Of a stretch of 64,000 bases of DNA, positions 45,965 through 56,780 are shown piece by piece. Each line of letters begins with the position of its first letter. Within the stretch, counting starts at the first letter, position 1. Source of the DNA: a virus. The stretch lies in the IMG/VR virus record IMGVR_UViG_3300021961_008157. The stretch is one strand, 5' to 3'. The notes below the pieces were generated by a model. That model saw only the letters and a program-made list of their open reading frames with translations, had not been told where the DNA came from and searched no databases. Made by a program: the position numbers and the translations under genes.

Positions 45965-48900
45965 TTATCTCATCTCGGGTACTACTTCAATCTCGGCACT
46001 TTCTGGTGGAGGATTGTATCGTCCATTTCGAATGGCTGCCAACAACCATTCTTGGGCTTTGCGGTTAGCATCCCCTTGATTGTTGCCAATGCCACTGAGT
46101 CTGTGTATTTCTTGGCCGTTGACTTTAATTATCCATTGTCCAGTAAACTCACCGCCTGGTTGCTGTGTGCTTGCTGCGGGTTGTGGCTCTTGTTGCTGTG
46201 CTTGAGCAGCACGTTGGCGCTGTAGGTCTACAGTAGAACCAGGTAATGGACCACGGCGTAAACCAATTGAACCACGGGTCATGCCACTATCTCTAACCAT
46301 TTCGTCTCTATACCTATTACCAATTTCTATAGCCATTTCGTCGTCGGCAGCATAGTATGTGCGATAAACTTGGCCAGTTTCGCGACTAAACATTTCATAC
46401 TTTACGCTTTGATTAGAACCAGTGGGTGTTATTGACATTGGACGATCACGCCTAAATTCTGAATCGCTGCCACCGGCTGGTTGCCCCAATGTCTGATTAT
46501 CATCACGTTGAGCTAACCAAACTTGATCTGGATGTTCTTGTCTCCATTGTCTTAACACAATATTGGCATCATCGATGTTAGCCGCCATGAATCGGTAATA
46601 TACACTGGTTCTATCACTTTCAGGTGTAATAACATAGTTACCGTCAGGGTTACTTGGACGACCATTTACTGTTGGTCCCGACCGTTGCCCAACTGCTTGT
46701 GGTTCACCTACTGTTGCTCGAACTGGTTCTTTATTGTACGGTGCAACGGGTTTGGCTTCTAAGTTTGCAGCACTTGCCCAATCTGGATAATTCTCTGGTT
46801 GTGTTGCTATTCTAATCGCTTCTTCTTTGGATGACGCAACAACTTTAATGCTGGCCATATAACCTGGGCGGCTAACTTCCCACCAAAACTTTTCATCACC
46901 AGTATCGCCCTTTTTAACCTTACGCTCTAGTTGTGCTTGTTTGATAAAACTCTTTAAATCTTCTTTAGGCATTTCACCTGCTACATACTTGGCAAAGTAT
47001 TCCAATGTGTCTTTGCCCGAGCCATTTGGTGACAGCACTTTGTATAACTTCTTCAAGTATTCTTGACGATACTTTTTAGGATCCATAGCAGCATCAGTAG
47101 CCACAACAAAGCGCAGTAGTGTATTTTCTAACTTGTCTACATTTGCCGCATACTCACCCAACCAATCGCCCCCGGGACTGCGGAATTCAATATAGTTGCC
47201 CTTTGTATTGATGCTTGTGTATTTCTGTGTTTCGCCAGAGTGAATGATTTTAGTTGCCATCGCTTCTAAATTATCTTTCATTTTCTTTAGCAAAGCAGCC
47301 GCATCTTCGGGACGCTGATTTATACGATCGCGCACAATCCTCATAGCACTTTTAGTATATGTATTGGCTGAACGACCAAATTGATCCAGTACATATTCAT
47401 CGCCTAACAGCAATGCCAGTTTAACATAGTCAAGTTTATCAGTTGACAAGTCGGGTATGCTAACATTCATATGTAAGCCGGTGGAATCGTTTGTGTACGC
47501 ACCAACTCTGCCTGCCCACTTTACAACTTTTTCCAAGTCATCGAGCATTTCATCTAGTGGTAGCGGAGGACTAATAAACTCAAGACCAGATTCGCCACTA
47601 TTGTCGGGATCTAAACTGCTGTCAGGTTCAATAACATAGTCTGTGGCGTTCCGCTTGGCACCGTGATAACTTGATGAGTACTGAACTTTGCGACCAATAG
47701 CATCCTCAAAATCCGACGCAATCGATCCTATATCTGTTTCGGGTTCAGGGTTGTAATAATGTGGCCAAGCGATATCGTGGCTTCCGGAAATATCACTCAT
47801 GTTGGGATAAACAGCGTCCAGGAATTCTCGCTCTTCAGTATTGTTAAACGCTTCTTCCCTGTAATCATCATATGCTTCTTGATGAAAACTGTTGGTATTT
47901 TCTATTGAATACTCAACAAAGTTCTTCCAGTCTTCTTTAGTCAGTTCATGATCTTCGGGTAATTCTAATACTTCTCTAACATCATCGTCGCTGGCATTTT
48001 CTTTAACCCAATCCCAGACACGTTCTTCCTCATCCTCTTCCCAGTTTTCATCTATACGCTCACCTAACCATTCAAAAAATTCATCTTGTAAATTTTCTAT
48101 TAGGCGATCAACTTCACGGCGGGAGTTGTAGTCATTATCATGAAAGAATTCTCTAATGTCAGCCCAACTACGGCTGCGTTGATCTGAATCATAATCAGGT
48201 TCTATGTCGCCGTCACCGTAACTATCTGTATCAACACCCGGAACGATCATTTCAAATTCCATGCCAGCACGAGCGTCAATGTTTCGTGCTAAATCGCGCA
48301 AAGAACTAATGCTCATGTTGATTTCAAACAGTGCTTCTTCGGTTAATGATTCATTTACATTATAAGTAGGATCAGTTTTGACTTTCTTCATGCCCGCCGG
48401 TTGTGCAGGATCACGAGGATCAATGTCTGTTATATCCAGACCTGTAGCTTCTAAATCTTTAATAAACTTGTGTTCTGTATCTTCGTCGCCGAAACTGATG
48501 ATAGAACTGGGAGGTCCCTTGCCAAAATCGTGTTTACCAAGGCCCTTTAAGTTGCTGATGTGTTGTCCCAATTTGTACCAGTCGTATACATCGCTTACAT
48601 CTACACGCAAAGTACCCTTTGGCATAGTGGGTTTGGATTCTGGCCCAGGTGGATGATCAGGACTGTAATCTTCAGCAGTCCGGCCAGGTAGTCGCCCTGT
48701 TTCTTTAAACTCCCGCAAAGCATTGGCCAGCCCTTTCATCAACAGTTCAGGATGTCCTTGGCTGTCAGTGTTTAAATTTAATTTGTTGGCTTCTTTACCA
48801 GTGGCACCGGGTTTAACATCTTTGGTCAGGGCCATAGACCAGCGCGGATCACGGGCCTGCTTTTTTGTTGGAATGTACCCCGAGCTTTCGTTGGCGTTGG

Positions 48901-50287
48901 CAGCACGGCGCAGAATGTTTTTAACACCTTGGCGAGCTCCATATTTTAAATCGTCTTTAGAAATTCGACTGAGATGTACAGCAGATTTAACAGCTTCGGC
49001 ACCTTTATTAAGTGGTTCAGTAGTGGCGCAACCCGGAGTGCCTGCTACGCAAGCAGCAGCAAGAGCAGCACCGGCTATACGGTCTCGAACACCTTCTTCG
49101 ACACTATCAGCTTCAAAAAATTCCGGATGCTTTTGAGCATAGTCGCGCATGAGTATGCCAGCACGAGCATTGGCTTCATTTTCCCATTTGCTGCCAGTAG
49201 CGCCAGCGTCATCAGGAACATCATCCACTTCATGTTGCCGTGCGTGGGTCAGTTCGTGTGCCACTGTGCGCAATATGTCCATAACATGACGATCGGCCAG
49301 GCTTACTTCAAGCAAGTTTTCTTCAGCGTTGTATCGTCCAAATGTTTTATTGCGTGCCGACCACTGCGGATCACGTTTAAACTTGACTTGTGGATTGTGT
49401 TTAATACCCAACTGTTCAACACAGTAGTTGATAAACGACGATACTATTTCACTGGTTGATGGCCGCGGCTTTTCATTTAAGAATGTTTGTGTTGATGGAC
49501 TAACGCCGTCCCATGTTGAACCAGCATCTTCGTTCTTAAATCCATACTTGACATAAGGTTTGACCTGTTCACGCTCTTTAAGACTAAGCTCACGATCACG
49601 AGCAGCATTGCGAGCATCAACCAATCGCTTGATAGCACCTTGATTGCGAAGCATTTTGAATGACAAATTTTCGGGACCAAACTCGCCATGCTTGTCCAAT
49701 CCAGTTTGGCGCATGTTTTTGATACGCTGCATCAGCGCAGCCATCTTTTCATAATCACCAGACTCCACAGCACTATCAATGCGTGCCGACAAGTCTTCAT
49801 ATTTGCTACGAGTAGAAATGTCATCTACACCCACATCACGACGCTTGGGTACTTCGATCCATTCGTCATTTAATACGCTATAAATTCCTTGGCTAATGTG
49901 CTTTTTGTTAGCGTTTTGTACATACAGTTCCACTTGCGAGCCACCAATGGTGATGTCATGCTGCTCGTTATACTGAAACTTTTTAGCATCAAACAACTCG
50001 CGATAAACTTCGCTGGTATCAGCTTGGGGTAAATCCACTACTAAATGTAAGTCAATGTCCGAGTGCGGTGTGTAAGTGTAAGCAGCATTAGATCCGCTGA
50101 CGGTGATGTCTTTAAGTTCATAACCCGAAACGCCTAGAAATTCGCGAAAGTCGTCGGCTATTTCCAACAGGTGCTTTCGTACATCGGGCTTGAGCTGCTC
50201 GTCAGGCGTCCATAAACGAGGATTTAATCGTTGGTTAAATTTAACAGCGTCAGCAAGATTGTAGGAATCTAATTCAAGAATATTCAT
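45965..50287 (-). CDS. large multidomain polyprotein: Pol-beta nucleotidyltransferase, HExxH metallopeptidase-like, amidoligase
   Basis: GSNAAY...SDIDLH; VAHELTH; GMEFE, IEPDSSL, GLEFISPP, STGLHMN, IEFRSPGG. Confidence 0.75.
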   Translation of the reverse strand: MNILELDSYNLADAVKFNQRLNPRLWTPDEQLKPDVRKHLLEIADDFREFLGVSGYELKDITVSGSNAAYTYTPHSDIDLHLVVDLPQADTSEVYRELFDAKKFQYNEQHDITIGGSQVELYVQNANKKHISQGIYSVLNDEWIEVPKRRDVGVDDISTRSKYEDLSARIDSAVESGDYEKMAALMQRIKNMRQTGLDKHGEFGPENLSFKMLRNQGAIKRLVDARNAARDRELSLKEREQVKPYVKYGFKNEDAGSTWDGVSPSTQTFLNEKPRPSTSEIVSSFINYCVEQLGIKHNPQVKFKRDPQWSARNKTFGRYNAEENLLEVSLADRHVMDILRTVAHELTHARQHEVDDVPDDAGATGSKWENEANARAGILMRDYAQKHPEFFEADSVEEGVRDRIAGAALAAACVAGTPGCATTEPLNKGAEAVKSAVHLSRISKDDLKYGARQGVKNILRRAANANESSGYIPTKKQARDPRWSMALTKDVKPGATGKEANKLNLNTDSQGHPELLMKGLANALREFKETGRLPGRTAEDYSPDHPPGPESKPTMPKGTLRVDVSDVYDWYKLGQHISNLKGLGKHDFGKGPPSSIISFGDEDTEHKFIKDLEATGLDITDIDPRDPAQPAGMKKVKTDPTYNVNESLTEEALFEINMSISSLRDLARNIDARAGMEFEMIVPGVDTDSYGDGDIEPDYDSDQRSRSWADIREFFHDNDYNSRREVDRLIENLQDEFFEWLGERIDENWEEDEEERVWDWVKENASDDDVREVLELPEDHELTKEDWKNFVEYSIENTNSFHQEAYDDYREEAFNNTEEREFLDAVYPNMSDISGSHDIAWPHYYNPEPETDIGSIASDFEDAIGRKVQYSSSYHGAKRNATDYVIEPDSSLDPDNSGESGLEFISPPLPLDEMLDDLEKVVKWAGRVGAYTNDSTGLHMNVSIPDLSTDKLDYVKLALLLGDEYVLDQFGRSANTYTKSAMRIVRDRINQRPEDAAALLKKMKDNLEAMATKIIHSGETQKYTSINTKGNYIEFRSPGGDWLGEYAANVDKLENTLLRFVVATDAAMDPKKYRQEYLKKLYKVLSPNGSGKDTLEYFAKYVAGEMPKEDLKSFIKQAQLERKVKKGDTGDEKFWWEVSRPGYMASIKVVASSKEEAIRIATQPENYPDWASAANLEAKPVAPYNKEPVRATVGEPQAVGQRSGPTVNGRPSNPDGNYVITPESDRTSVYYRFMAANIDDANIVLRQWRQEHPDQVWLAQRDDNQTLGQPAGGSDSEFRRDRPMSITPTGSNQSVKYEMFSRETGQVYRTYYAADDEMAIEIGNRYRDEMVRDSGMTRGSIGLRRGPLPGSTVDLQRQRAAQAQQQEPQPAASTQQPGGEFTGQWIIKVNGQEIHRLSGIGNNQGDANRKAQEWLLAAIRNGRYNPPPESAEIEVVPEMR

Positions 50288-50310
50288 TGTTTTATATTTA
50301 GCGCAAAAGG

Positions 50311-50335
50311 AAAAGCCACTGTTAAAGTGGCTTTT
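50311..50335 (-). terminator. intrinsic terminator (possibly bidirectional)
   Basis: AAAAGCCAC-TGTTAAA-GTGGCTTTT. Confidence 0.7.
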
Positions 50336-50352
50336 GGAGTTAAACTGGTTTA

Positions 50353-51207
50353 TTACTTCTTTTTCTTTTTGCTTTCAGCAATAACTTCAGATTTGGCTTC
50401 GGGAGGCACCATGCTGGCCACCGCTTCTGCTCGCTTTTTGTCAATTAGCGGAGCAAAGTCGTTCATTAGTGCTTCTTGTGATTCGTGAGCAAATGTGTAT
50501 GTGCCAGTATGACGTAGCAGAACACGCTTGTCTACCCATATTTTGCCTCCAAGATCGCGCCAGTTTTCGCAGAATGTCCAGTCTTCAGAGTAGTACCGAT
50601 TTTCCCGCACAGCAGTATCAAAGTAAGTTTTCATGTGCGGATTTAATTCTTCAGGCAGGCCAATGTCGTTAACAAACGGCTTGGTTGCGGGATGAGCATT
50701 TAGCTTTTCAAACACATCGCGTTTGATCAACATAAATCCAGTGCCAGTTTTGCTAACTTCTTCCAGTCCATCGGGACCAGTTTCGCCGTCGGGGATGCCG
50801 TTAACACACCACTTGATGGGCATGCTTTTCATAGGATACAATCCACCAATAACGTCCACTTGACGGTTGAGTAGCACTAAAATGTGCCAAGGCTCAAAGC
50901 CAATGTCAGCGTCAATAAACAATAAGTGTGTGCTGTCTTTGCTGGTTAAAAACTTGGCTACCAGCGTGTTACGAGCACGGCTGATCAAACTTTCATTTGT
51001 TAGCGTTTCCATGGTCCAATCAATGCCTAACTGGCGAGCAGTATTGCCCCATTTGATATAACTCATGAAAGTGGATTCAGTTAGCTGCCCCCCGTAGCAG
51101 GGCATGCAGATATGAACCTTTGTTGTCTTTAAGTAGTCAATGTTTACTTGAATTTGTCCAGTCACTGGCTTAGAAGGCAGCTCTGTTGTGGGTTTAGCGT
51201 CAGCCAT
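50353..51207 (-). CDS. GT-A-fold glycosyltransferase-like protein
   Basis: MPCYGG, ESLISRARN, FIDAD, GTGFMLIKR, SEDWTFC. Confidence 0.75.
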   Translation of the reverse strand: MADAKPTTELPSKPVTGQIQVNIDYLKTTKVHICMPCYGGQLTESTFMSYIKWGNTARQLGIDWTMETLTNESLISRARNTLVAKFLTSKDSTHLLFIDADIGFEPWHILVLLNRQVDVIGGLYPMKSMPIKWCVNGIPDGETGPDGLEEVSKTGTGFMLIKRDVFEKLNAHPATKPFVNDIGLPEELNPHMKTYFDTAVRENRYYSEDWTFCENWRDLGGKIWVDKRVLLRHTGTYTFAHESQEALMNDFAPLIDKKRAEAVASMVPPEAKSEVIAESKKKKK

Positions 51208-51243
51208 AAAATCCTTAATGTTGGTTAGTAATATTTACTAACT

Positions 51244-52002
51244 TTATCTTCGGTTGTAATTTTTTTCGTCGATGTAATCGGGGCGGATGTGTGTAAAATC
51301 CAGGGTAACGGCATTAGCTTCTTGCTCTAATATCAACACACGCTCCATCCAGCCAACTGTTTTTTCTGCGCCGATTGAACGTGCTTCTTTGATGTATTTT
51401 TGTGCTTGTTCTACAATGCCTAATTTTTTGTCAAATATATCGCGTATGGCTGGATCAGGTTGGCCATACAAATCAGCAATCACTTGATTCTTGTCATGGT
51501 CATTGCCCTTGATATACATTTTGCGTATTTCGCTGGCTGAGTTGGCATCAACTCCATTTACTTTAAAGTTAACAGTAGGTGTAATAATAACATAACCATG
51601 TTTGGTCATTGGCTTGATGCTTCGTTTATTTTGTGGTAGCAGTTGTAAGTAACTGGGAGAACCATCTTTTTTAGGAGCAAAACTAAAACGTTCAGCATCT
51701 TTTTCGCTAACAGCAAATATCAGTGCTGTTTTGCTTTTTTCTTCGTCAGGTATGTTGGCTGTGATTTCTGCGGCTTGATAAGGATTTTTTACGTTGGCAA
51801 TATGTCCAGGCGGAACACCTAACTTGGTCATCATAGTAACTTTATCGCTATAATTAAAAGGACTGGTTACGGGTGCTTGTACGTTGCTGGTAGCAATGTA
51901 TACAGAATTACTTCCAAAGTGCTTGGCTAACCAGTCATAACTGGCTTTGTGTCCTCGATGAAATGGGTGAAAGCGTCCGGGATAAATTACAAGATAATTC
52001 AT
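51244..52002 (-). CDS. cytidyltransferase-like (HIGH) nucleotidyltransferase
   Basis: PGRFHPFHRGH, SASEIR. Confidence 0.8.
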   Translation of the reverse strand: MNYLVIYPGRFHPFHRGHKASYDWLAKHFGSNSVYIATSNVQAPVTSPFNYSDKVTMMTKLGVPPGHIANVKNPYQAAEITANIPDEEKSKTALIFAVSEKDAERFSFAPKKDGSPSYLQLLPQNKRSIKPMTKHGYVIITPTVNFKVNGVDANSASEIRKMYIKGNDHDKNQVIADLYGQPDPAIRDIFDKKLGIVEQAQKYIKEARSIGAEKTVGWMERVLILEQEANAVTLDFTHIRPDYIDEKNYNRR

Positions 52003-52018
52003 TGTAGCATATTTATGC

Positions 52019-52453
52019 TTACATAAATTCTAGTAACCATAGGTAAATTGGAGTGGTAAACCGTAAACTAACATAGCCATTGCAGCCCATGTCACCGTAA
52101 AACTTATCTTCTATAGTGTCATGACTACCGTTACCATCGTGATAGTACTTTGACAGCTCAACAAAACCGTGCCCTAATTTAATGTCATCAAAAGCCAAAT
52201 TAGCAATAGTTAGCATAGAGTCACTGGTGATATTACCATCATCATCGACTTGAGTCATGGAAGATGTTTTATTTTTTAACACAAACGTAAATTCGTGCTC
52301 GCCTTCGTCATCAGTTATGTCAACACTAATAGACGTAGCTTCTGATACATGGTCGTAATTAACCAGAACTTGATCGTCTAGACGCAGTTCAAATCCTAGC
52401 GGTGCTGAGTAGTTGCTGCTGGTTAAATCAAATGTTACTGCTGTGGTTGTCAT
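52019..52453 (-). CDS. hypothetical protein
   Basis: 144 aa, ends FTTPIYLWLLE. Confidence 0.7.
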   Translation of the reverse strand: MTTTAVTFDLTSSNYSAPLGFELRLDDQVLVNYDHVSEATSISVDITDDEGEHEFTFVLKNKTSSMTQVDDDGNITSDSMLTIANLAFDDIKLGHGFVELSKYYHDGNGSHDTIEDKFYGDMGCNGYVSLRFTTPIYLWLLEFM

Positions 52454-52815
52454 TAATATACTACTGTTACAGAGTTGATTACGGCAATGTTTTCAAATCC
52501 AGTGACGTCAGCTTTGATCCAGGTATAATTGCCATTCAAATTGATAGGATAGCGAAATAGTGTTGAGTCGCTGTCAATTAACGCAACTTCAAACCAGTTG
52601 GCAGTTGCAGGATCATAGTCCAGTGTAGCCTTAAACTTCATGGTGCCTGTAAAATCTGTAATTGTTACAAATACAGTTTGTAAGCTGCCCTGTCCGTGAT
52701 AGTAACCCACGCCTTTAACGGGGTCGCTTTCAAAGTAGGTTGTACTGCCATCGTAGTTGCCGTTGGGTGTTCCCACAACTACATTGTCAAACAATGTTAG
52801 TGTAGTTAAGGACAT
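52453..52815 (-). CDS. hypothetical beta-rich protein
   Basis: 120 aa ORF in operon. Confidence 0.7.
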   Translation of the reverse strand: MSLTTLTLFDNVVVGTPNGNYDGSTTYFESDPVKGVGYYHGQGSLQTVFVTITDFTGTMKFKATLDYDPATANWFEVALIDSDSTLFRYPINLNGNYTWIKADVTGFENIAVINSVTVVY

Positions 52816-52816
52816 G

Positions 52817-52981
52817 TTATGCCTTTTCTACTTCAACAATAACACCAGCGCCCACTAGTTCTTGAGCTACAGCCGCTAGATTGGACTCAAGCTCTTCGGA
52901 ACTGATAGACTCGGGCTGATCATTTTCCCGGATCAATTTGCTGAATTTGATAACAATAACTTCTTCGTATATTTTTGCCAT
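52817..52981 (-). CDS. 54-aa hypothetical protein (not in ORF track)
   Basis: MAKIYEEVIVIKFSKLIRE...VIVEVEKA* fills the gap exactly. Confidence 0.65.
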   Translation of the reverse strand: MAKIYEEVIVIKFSKLIRENDQPESISSEELESNLAAVAQELVGAGVIVEVEKA

Positions 52982-52991
52982 AGTATATTAC

Positions 52992-53699
52992 TTATGCTTT
53001 TAATATATCAACTGTCTTTTTTATTAGACCCGGGCGTATTAAATTTAGCATCAGTGCATTAGCGTGATCATTGTAATCTATAAAATAATGCGAATACACC
53101 CATTTAAATGATTCAGTCGTCCAGCGGGACAAACACGGACTTAATCTTAAAGAATCGCTGTTGTTTTGGAGGAACCGCACAATTGCTCGTTTTTCTTGAT
53201 CAGACAATTTAATTTGACTTAGATAGCTACGATACAAATGCCGGGGATTTTTTAGTTTAACAGAATTTCTTGGGCGATCAATGACCACTTGTTTAAAATG
53301 TACAAAATTAAATTTTACATCACTGGCAGCAATTTCATCAAACAAAGCATGATTATTTGTGTACAATCGCATGTTTCCAAATTCAACAACTAATTTGAAT
53401 TTGTGATTAACAGCAGTTAAAACGTCGCATAATTTGTGCAAGTTAGCAACAGTTTCGTCTGTGATGCGAACCGATGATCTTCCTCTAGAAGGCACCCAAG
53501 ATCCAATGGCGCTGTATTTTTTACGCACGTTCAGAACATGATCAATGTATTTGTGATCCAGACGACGCAAACAAGTAACTTCGTCTATGCCCGCAGTCAT
53601 GCAGTAGCGATACTGATCATAAAACAAACGATCGCTGCCCACGGCAGTAAATTTAGTTAGCGGGACCATTGAGTAAAATATAGCCTTTGCTGTCCACAA
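52992..53699 (-). CDS. hypothetical protein (start uncertain)
   Basis: long ORF overlapping the clpA end. Confidence 0.6.
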   Translation of the reverse strand: MWTAKAIFYSMVPLTKFTAVGSDRLFYDQYRYCMTAGIDEVTCLRRLDHKYIDHVLNVRKKYSAIGSWVPSRGRSSVRITDETVANLHKLCDVLTAVNHKFKLVVEFGNMRLYTNNHALFDEIAASDVKFNFVHFKQVVIDRPRNSVKLKNPRHLYRSYLSQIKLSDQEKRAIVRFLQNNSDSLRLSPCLSRWTTESFKWVYSHYFIDYNDHANALMLNLIRPGLIKKTVDILKA

Positions 53700-55932
53700 C
53701 AGGCAGCGGTGCTGCCAGTGGTTTGATTACAAACATAAGTTCATCATTTACCATGGTTGCTAAAATAGAACAATCTTTAACTTGATCAAACAAAATACGC
53801 TTGCTGAGGGGCACACGAATCAACTCATCAATTTTCCGGCTTAGGGGACGAGCGCCCATTTTGCTATCATAGCCCTTTTCGGCCAGCATGTTGATCACGC
53901 TTTCATCAAACATCAGTTTAATATTTTTATTATACAAACTTTGTTGCAGTTCTCTAGTAAACTTAACAACCACTTTCTTAATAGCCAACTGATCCAGTTT
54001 ATTAAACTTGCAAATAGCGTCAATGCGATTACGTAGCTCAGGTTTAAAAAACTCTTTCATGGCACGATCTTCTTCGCCAGATTTTTCCAACGACTTACCA
54101 AAGCCAATGTTGTTGTTTTCGTTGTCGCGAGCACCGAGGTTAGATGTCATAATAATAATGCAGTTTTTAACATCCACTGTTTTACCACCACTGCTGGTGA
54201 TTCGTGCTTCATCTAGTATCTGCAACATGATGTTGACCACATCCGGGTGTGCTTTTTCAATTTCATCAAACAGGAGCACACTGAAAGGATTTTTAGTAAT
54301 GTCACTGATCAGTTTACCACCACCAACATTACCATCATCAAAGCCCACATAACCCGGGGGCGCGCCAATCAAAGCAGAAACACTATGCCGTTCTTGATAC
54401 TCGCTCATGTCATATTTCAGCAACTCCATGTCAAGATTTTCAGCTAGCAGTTTTGCTAATTCAGTTTTACCTGTGCCAGTGGGACCTAAAAACAAGAAGC
54501 TGGCTACGGGCTTCTTAGGATTGCCAATGCCCGAAAAGTTAATATACACACGCTCAAGAACGGTGTCAATAGCTTGATCTTGGCCATACAAGTATTGCTT
54601 AACATTGTTTTCAAGTTCAAGGATTTTAACACTACGCTCATTTTGTAAACGATCCAGCGGCACACTGGTAACGCGACTAACTTGTCCCATGATCATGTCA
54701 CGGGTAATAGTTACATTGCCTTGATCTTTAACCCGCTGCGCTGCACACGCACCATCAAGCAGATCAATTGACTTGTCAGGATTTTTACGATCGTGAATAT
54801 AACGACGGCTTAGTTCTACTGCTGCTGTCATTGCGTCAGTGTCAATCATTACATTGTGGAATGTTTCCAGTCGTGGGCTAATGCCAATCAGTATTTGCTC
54901 AGTGGTGTTGTCATCAGGCTCGCCTACAGTGACTCTATGGAATCGACGCATAAGTGCGCGATCACGTTCAAATGACTCATAGTATTCTTCCCACGTAGTG
55001 CTGGCAATTACTTTTAAATTACCACTGGTTATAGCGGGTTTAATCATGTTGGCAAAATCTAAACTGCTTTGCCCCGAAGCACCCGCGCCCATCATTGTAT
55101 GTGCTTCGTCGATGAATAGGATACAATTCTTTTTGGTTTTTAGTGCGTTGATTACTTCTTCAAACTTTTCTTCAAACTCGCCGCGATATTTACAACCAGC
55201 CAGCAAGCTGCCAATCTCCACACCCCAAACTTCAGCACCCTTCAAAAACTCTGGCACACGACCTTCGTGTATTTCTTGTGCTAGTCCATCAATGATAGCA
55301 GTTTTGCCCACACCCGGATCACCTACCATTAGCACATTGGCTTTAAACTTTCGAGCCATTACAGTGATTATTTCTTCTAGCTCATCGGTCCGCCCAATCA
55401 TGGGTTCAAGCATGCCTTCGCGAGCATGCTTGCTTAAATTGATACAATGCTTTTCAAGAGTTTCTTGGGCTTTTTCAACAGAAATTTCAGCATCGTTTGC
55501 TTTGGAATTCTTTTGAAAGAATTCAGTGAACTCGGTCTTTCTTACATTGTATTTGAGTAGGAAATAGTGCGAGTGGCTGTTGGTTTCGGCCATTATAGCC
55601 AAATATAAATCTAGTATGGTAATTTGCCGCCGACCAGTGAACAATACTGCTGTCAGGGCACGATTAAACACACGCTCAAGACCATTGGTCTTACGGGGAG
55701 GATCGTCGCGCTCAGTGACTAAACTAGTCTGCGACATTATGTATTGCGTTAACTCTGATTCCAGTTGATCAACTGGAGTGCCAAACTTTTCTAAAATATT
55801 ACGAAAGGATTTTTGCTGCACCATGGCCAGCAACACATGCTCCGTTAGTACATAACCATGTTTTAGTGAAACAGCAATAGTAGTTGCATTAGCGACAATT
55901 TGTTCAATTTCGGGGCTAGGATTGTTTTGCAT
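53653..55932 (-). CDS. clpA: ClpA/ClpB-family AAA+ chaperone
   Basis: Clp-N; GDPGVGKT; FIDEAH; GPTGTGKT; DEIEKAH; GARPL; no ClpB M-domain. Confidence 0.9.
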   Translation of the reverse strand: MQNNPSPEIEQIVANATTIAVSLKHGYVLTEHVLLAMVQQKSFRNILEKFGTPVDQLESELTQYIMSQTSLVTERDDPPRKTNGLERVFNRALTAVLFTGRRQITILDLYLAIMAETNSHSHYFLLKYNVRKTEFTEFFQKNSKANDAEISVEKAQETLEKHCINLSKHAREGMLEPMIGRTDELEEIITVMARKFKANVLMVGDPGVGKTAIIDGLAQEIHEGRVPEFLKGAEVWGVEIGSLLAGCKYRGEFEEKFEEVINALKTKKNCILFIDEAHTMMGAGASGQSSLDFANMIKPAITSGNLKVIASTTWEEYYESFERDRALMRRFHRVTVGEPDDNTTEQILIGISPRLETFHNVMIDTDAMTAAVELSRRYIHDRKNPDKSIDLLDGACAAQRVKDQGNVTITRDMIMGQVSRVTSVPLDRLQNERSVKILELENNVKQYLYGQDQAIDTVLERVYINFSGIGNPKKPVASFLFLGPTGTGKTELAKLLAENLDMELLKYDMSEYQERHSVSALIGAPPGYVGFDDGNVGGGKLISDITKNPFSVLLFDEIEKAHPDVVNIMLQILDEARITSSGGKTVDVKNCIIIMTSNLGARDNENNNIGFGKSLEKSGEEDRAMKEFFKPELRNRIDAICKFNKLDQLAIKKVVVKFTRELQQSLYNKNIKLMFDESVINMLAEKGYDSKMGARPLSRKIDELIRVPLSKRILFDQVKDCSILATMVNDELMFVIKPLAAPLPVVDSKGYILLNGPAN

Positions 55933-55982
55933 TGTTTCTTTCAGTGTTGTTTACAACATTATACCGGTTTTTAAGTTTATAT

Positions 55983-56780
55983 TCAACCGGTGTTTGCTCG
56001 TTCCTGCTTTATCATATTTAACAAATCTTCGGATATGTCTGTGGGAATAGACGCTTGAATTTGCACAATAATATCGCCGGTTTCATTTCTTCCGGGAAGA
56101 CCCTTTCCACGTAATCTCAATCGATCACCGGGCTGTGTTCCTTTGGGTATTAAAATAGTTATTTCTTGGCCCAACAAATCCTTAACCACTGACTCGCCAC
56201 CGAGTATCAAATCCCAAAGATCAACGGTGTGTTCAGTATGTAGTGTAGAGCCATTACGTTGCCATTTAGGATCATCGCGAACTTTAAAAGTAATAATCAA
56301 ATCGCCACCGCCGGGCGCCAGTCCTTTATATTGTACGCTGTCGCCATTGTTGATGCCTTTTGGCACTTCAATTTCTATAGTATTTCTGCCACCAAATCCA
56401 ATAGTGCGTTTTCCACCTGTGGCAACGTCGAGTAAACTGATAGTTAAGTTTACTCTACTGACCACAGTTTGGTGCTGTCTTTTTTGATTGAATCTGGTGC
56501 CAAAAACATCAAATATAGTTTCAAAGTCAAAGTGTTGGCTGGACGGATGGGGGTGTTGCCCAAAGTTGCCCCATTGTGGTCGGGGATTGTCGTACTCAGA
56601 GCGCCGTTGAGCGTCACTTAGTGTGTCATAAGCAGTTTGTATTTCTTGAAACTTGGCTGTGTCCCCACCTTTGTCGGGATGATGCTGCGAAGCCAACCGA
56701 CGATAAGCCTTCTTTATTTCGTCAGGAGTGGCACTGGTTTTAACACCAAGTGTTTTATAGTGGTCGGTACTTGTAGCCAT
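55983..56780 (-). CDS. DnaJ/CbpA-type co-chaperone
   Basis: J domain with HPD; C-terminal domain; no zinc finger. Confidence 0.92.
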   Translation of the reverse strand: MATSTDHYKTLGVKTSATPDEIKKAYRRLASQHHPDKGGDTAKFQEIQTAYDTLSDAQRRSEYDNPRPQWGNFGQHPHPSSQHFDFETIFDVFGTRFNQKRQHQTVVSRVNLTISLLDVATGGKRTIGFGGRNTIEIEVPKGINNGDSVQYKGLAPGGGDLIITFKVRDDPKWQRNGSTLHTEHTVDLWDLILGGESVVKDLLGQEITILIPKGTQPGDRLRLRGKGLPGRNETGDIIVQIQASIPTDISEDLLNMIKQERANTG

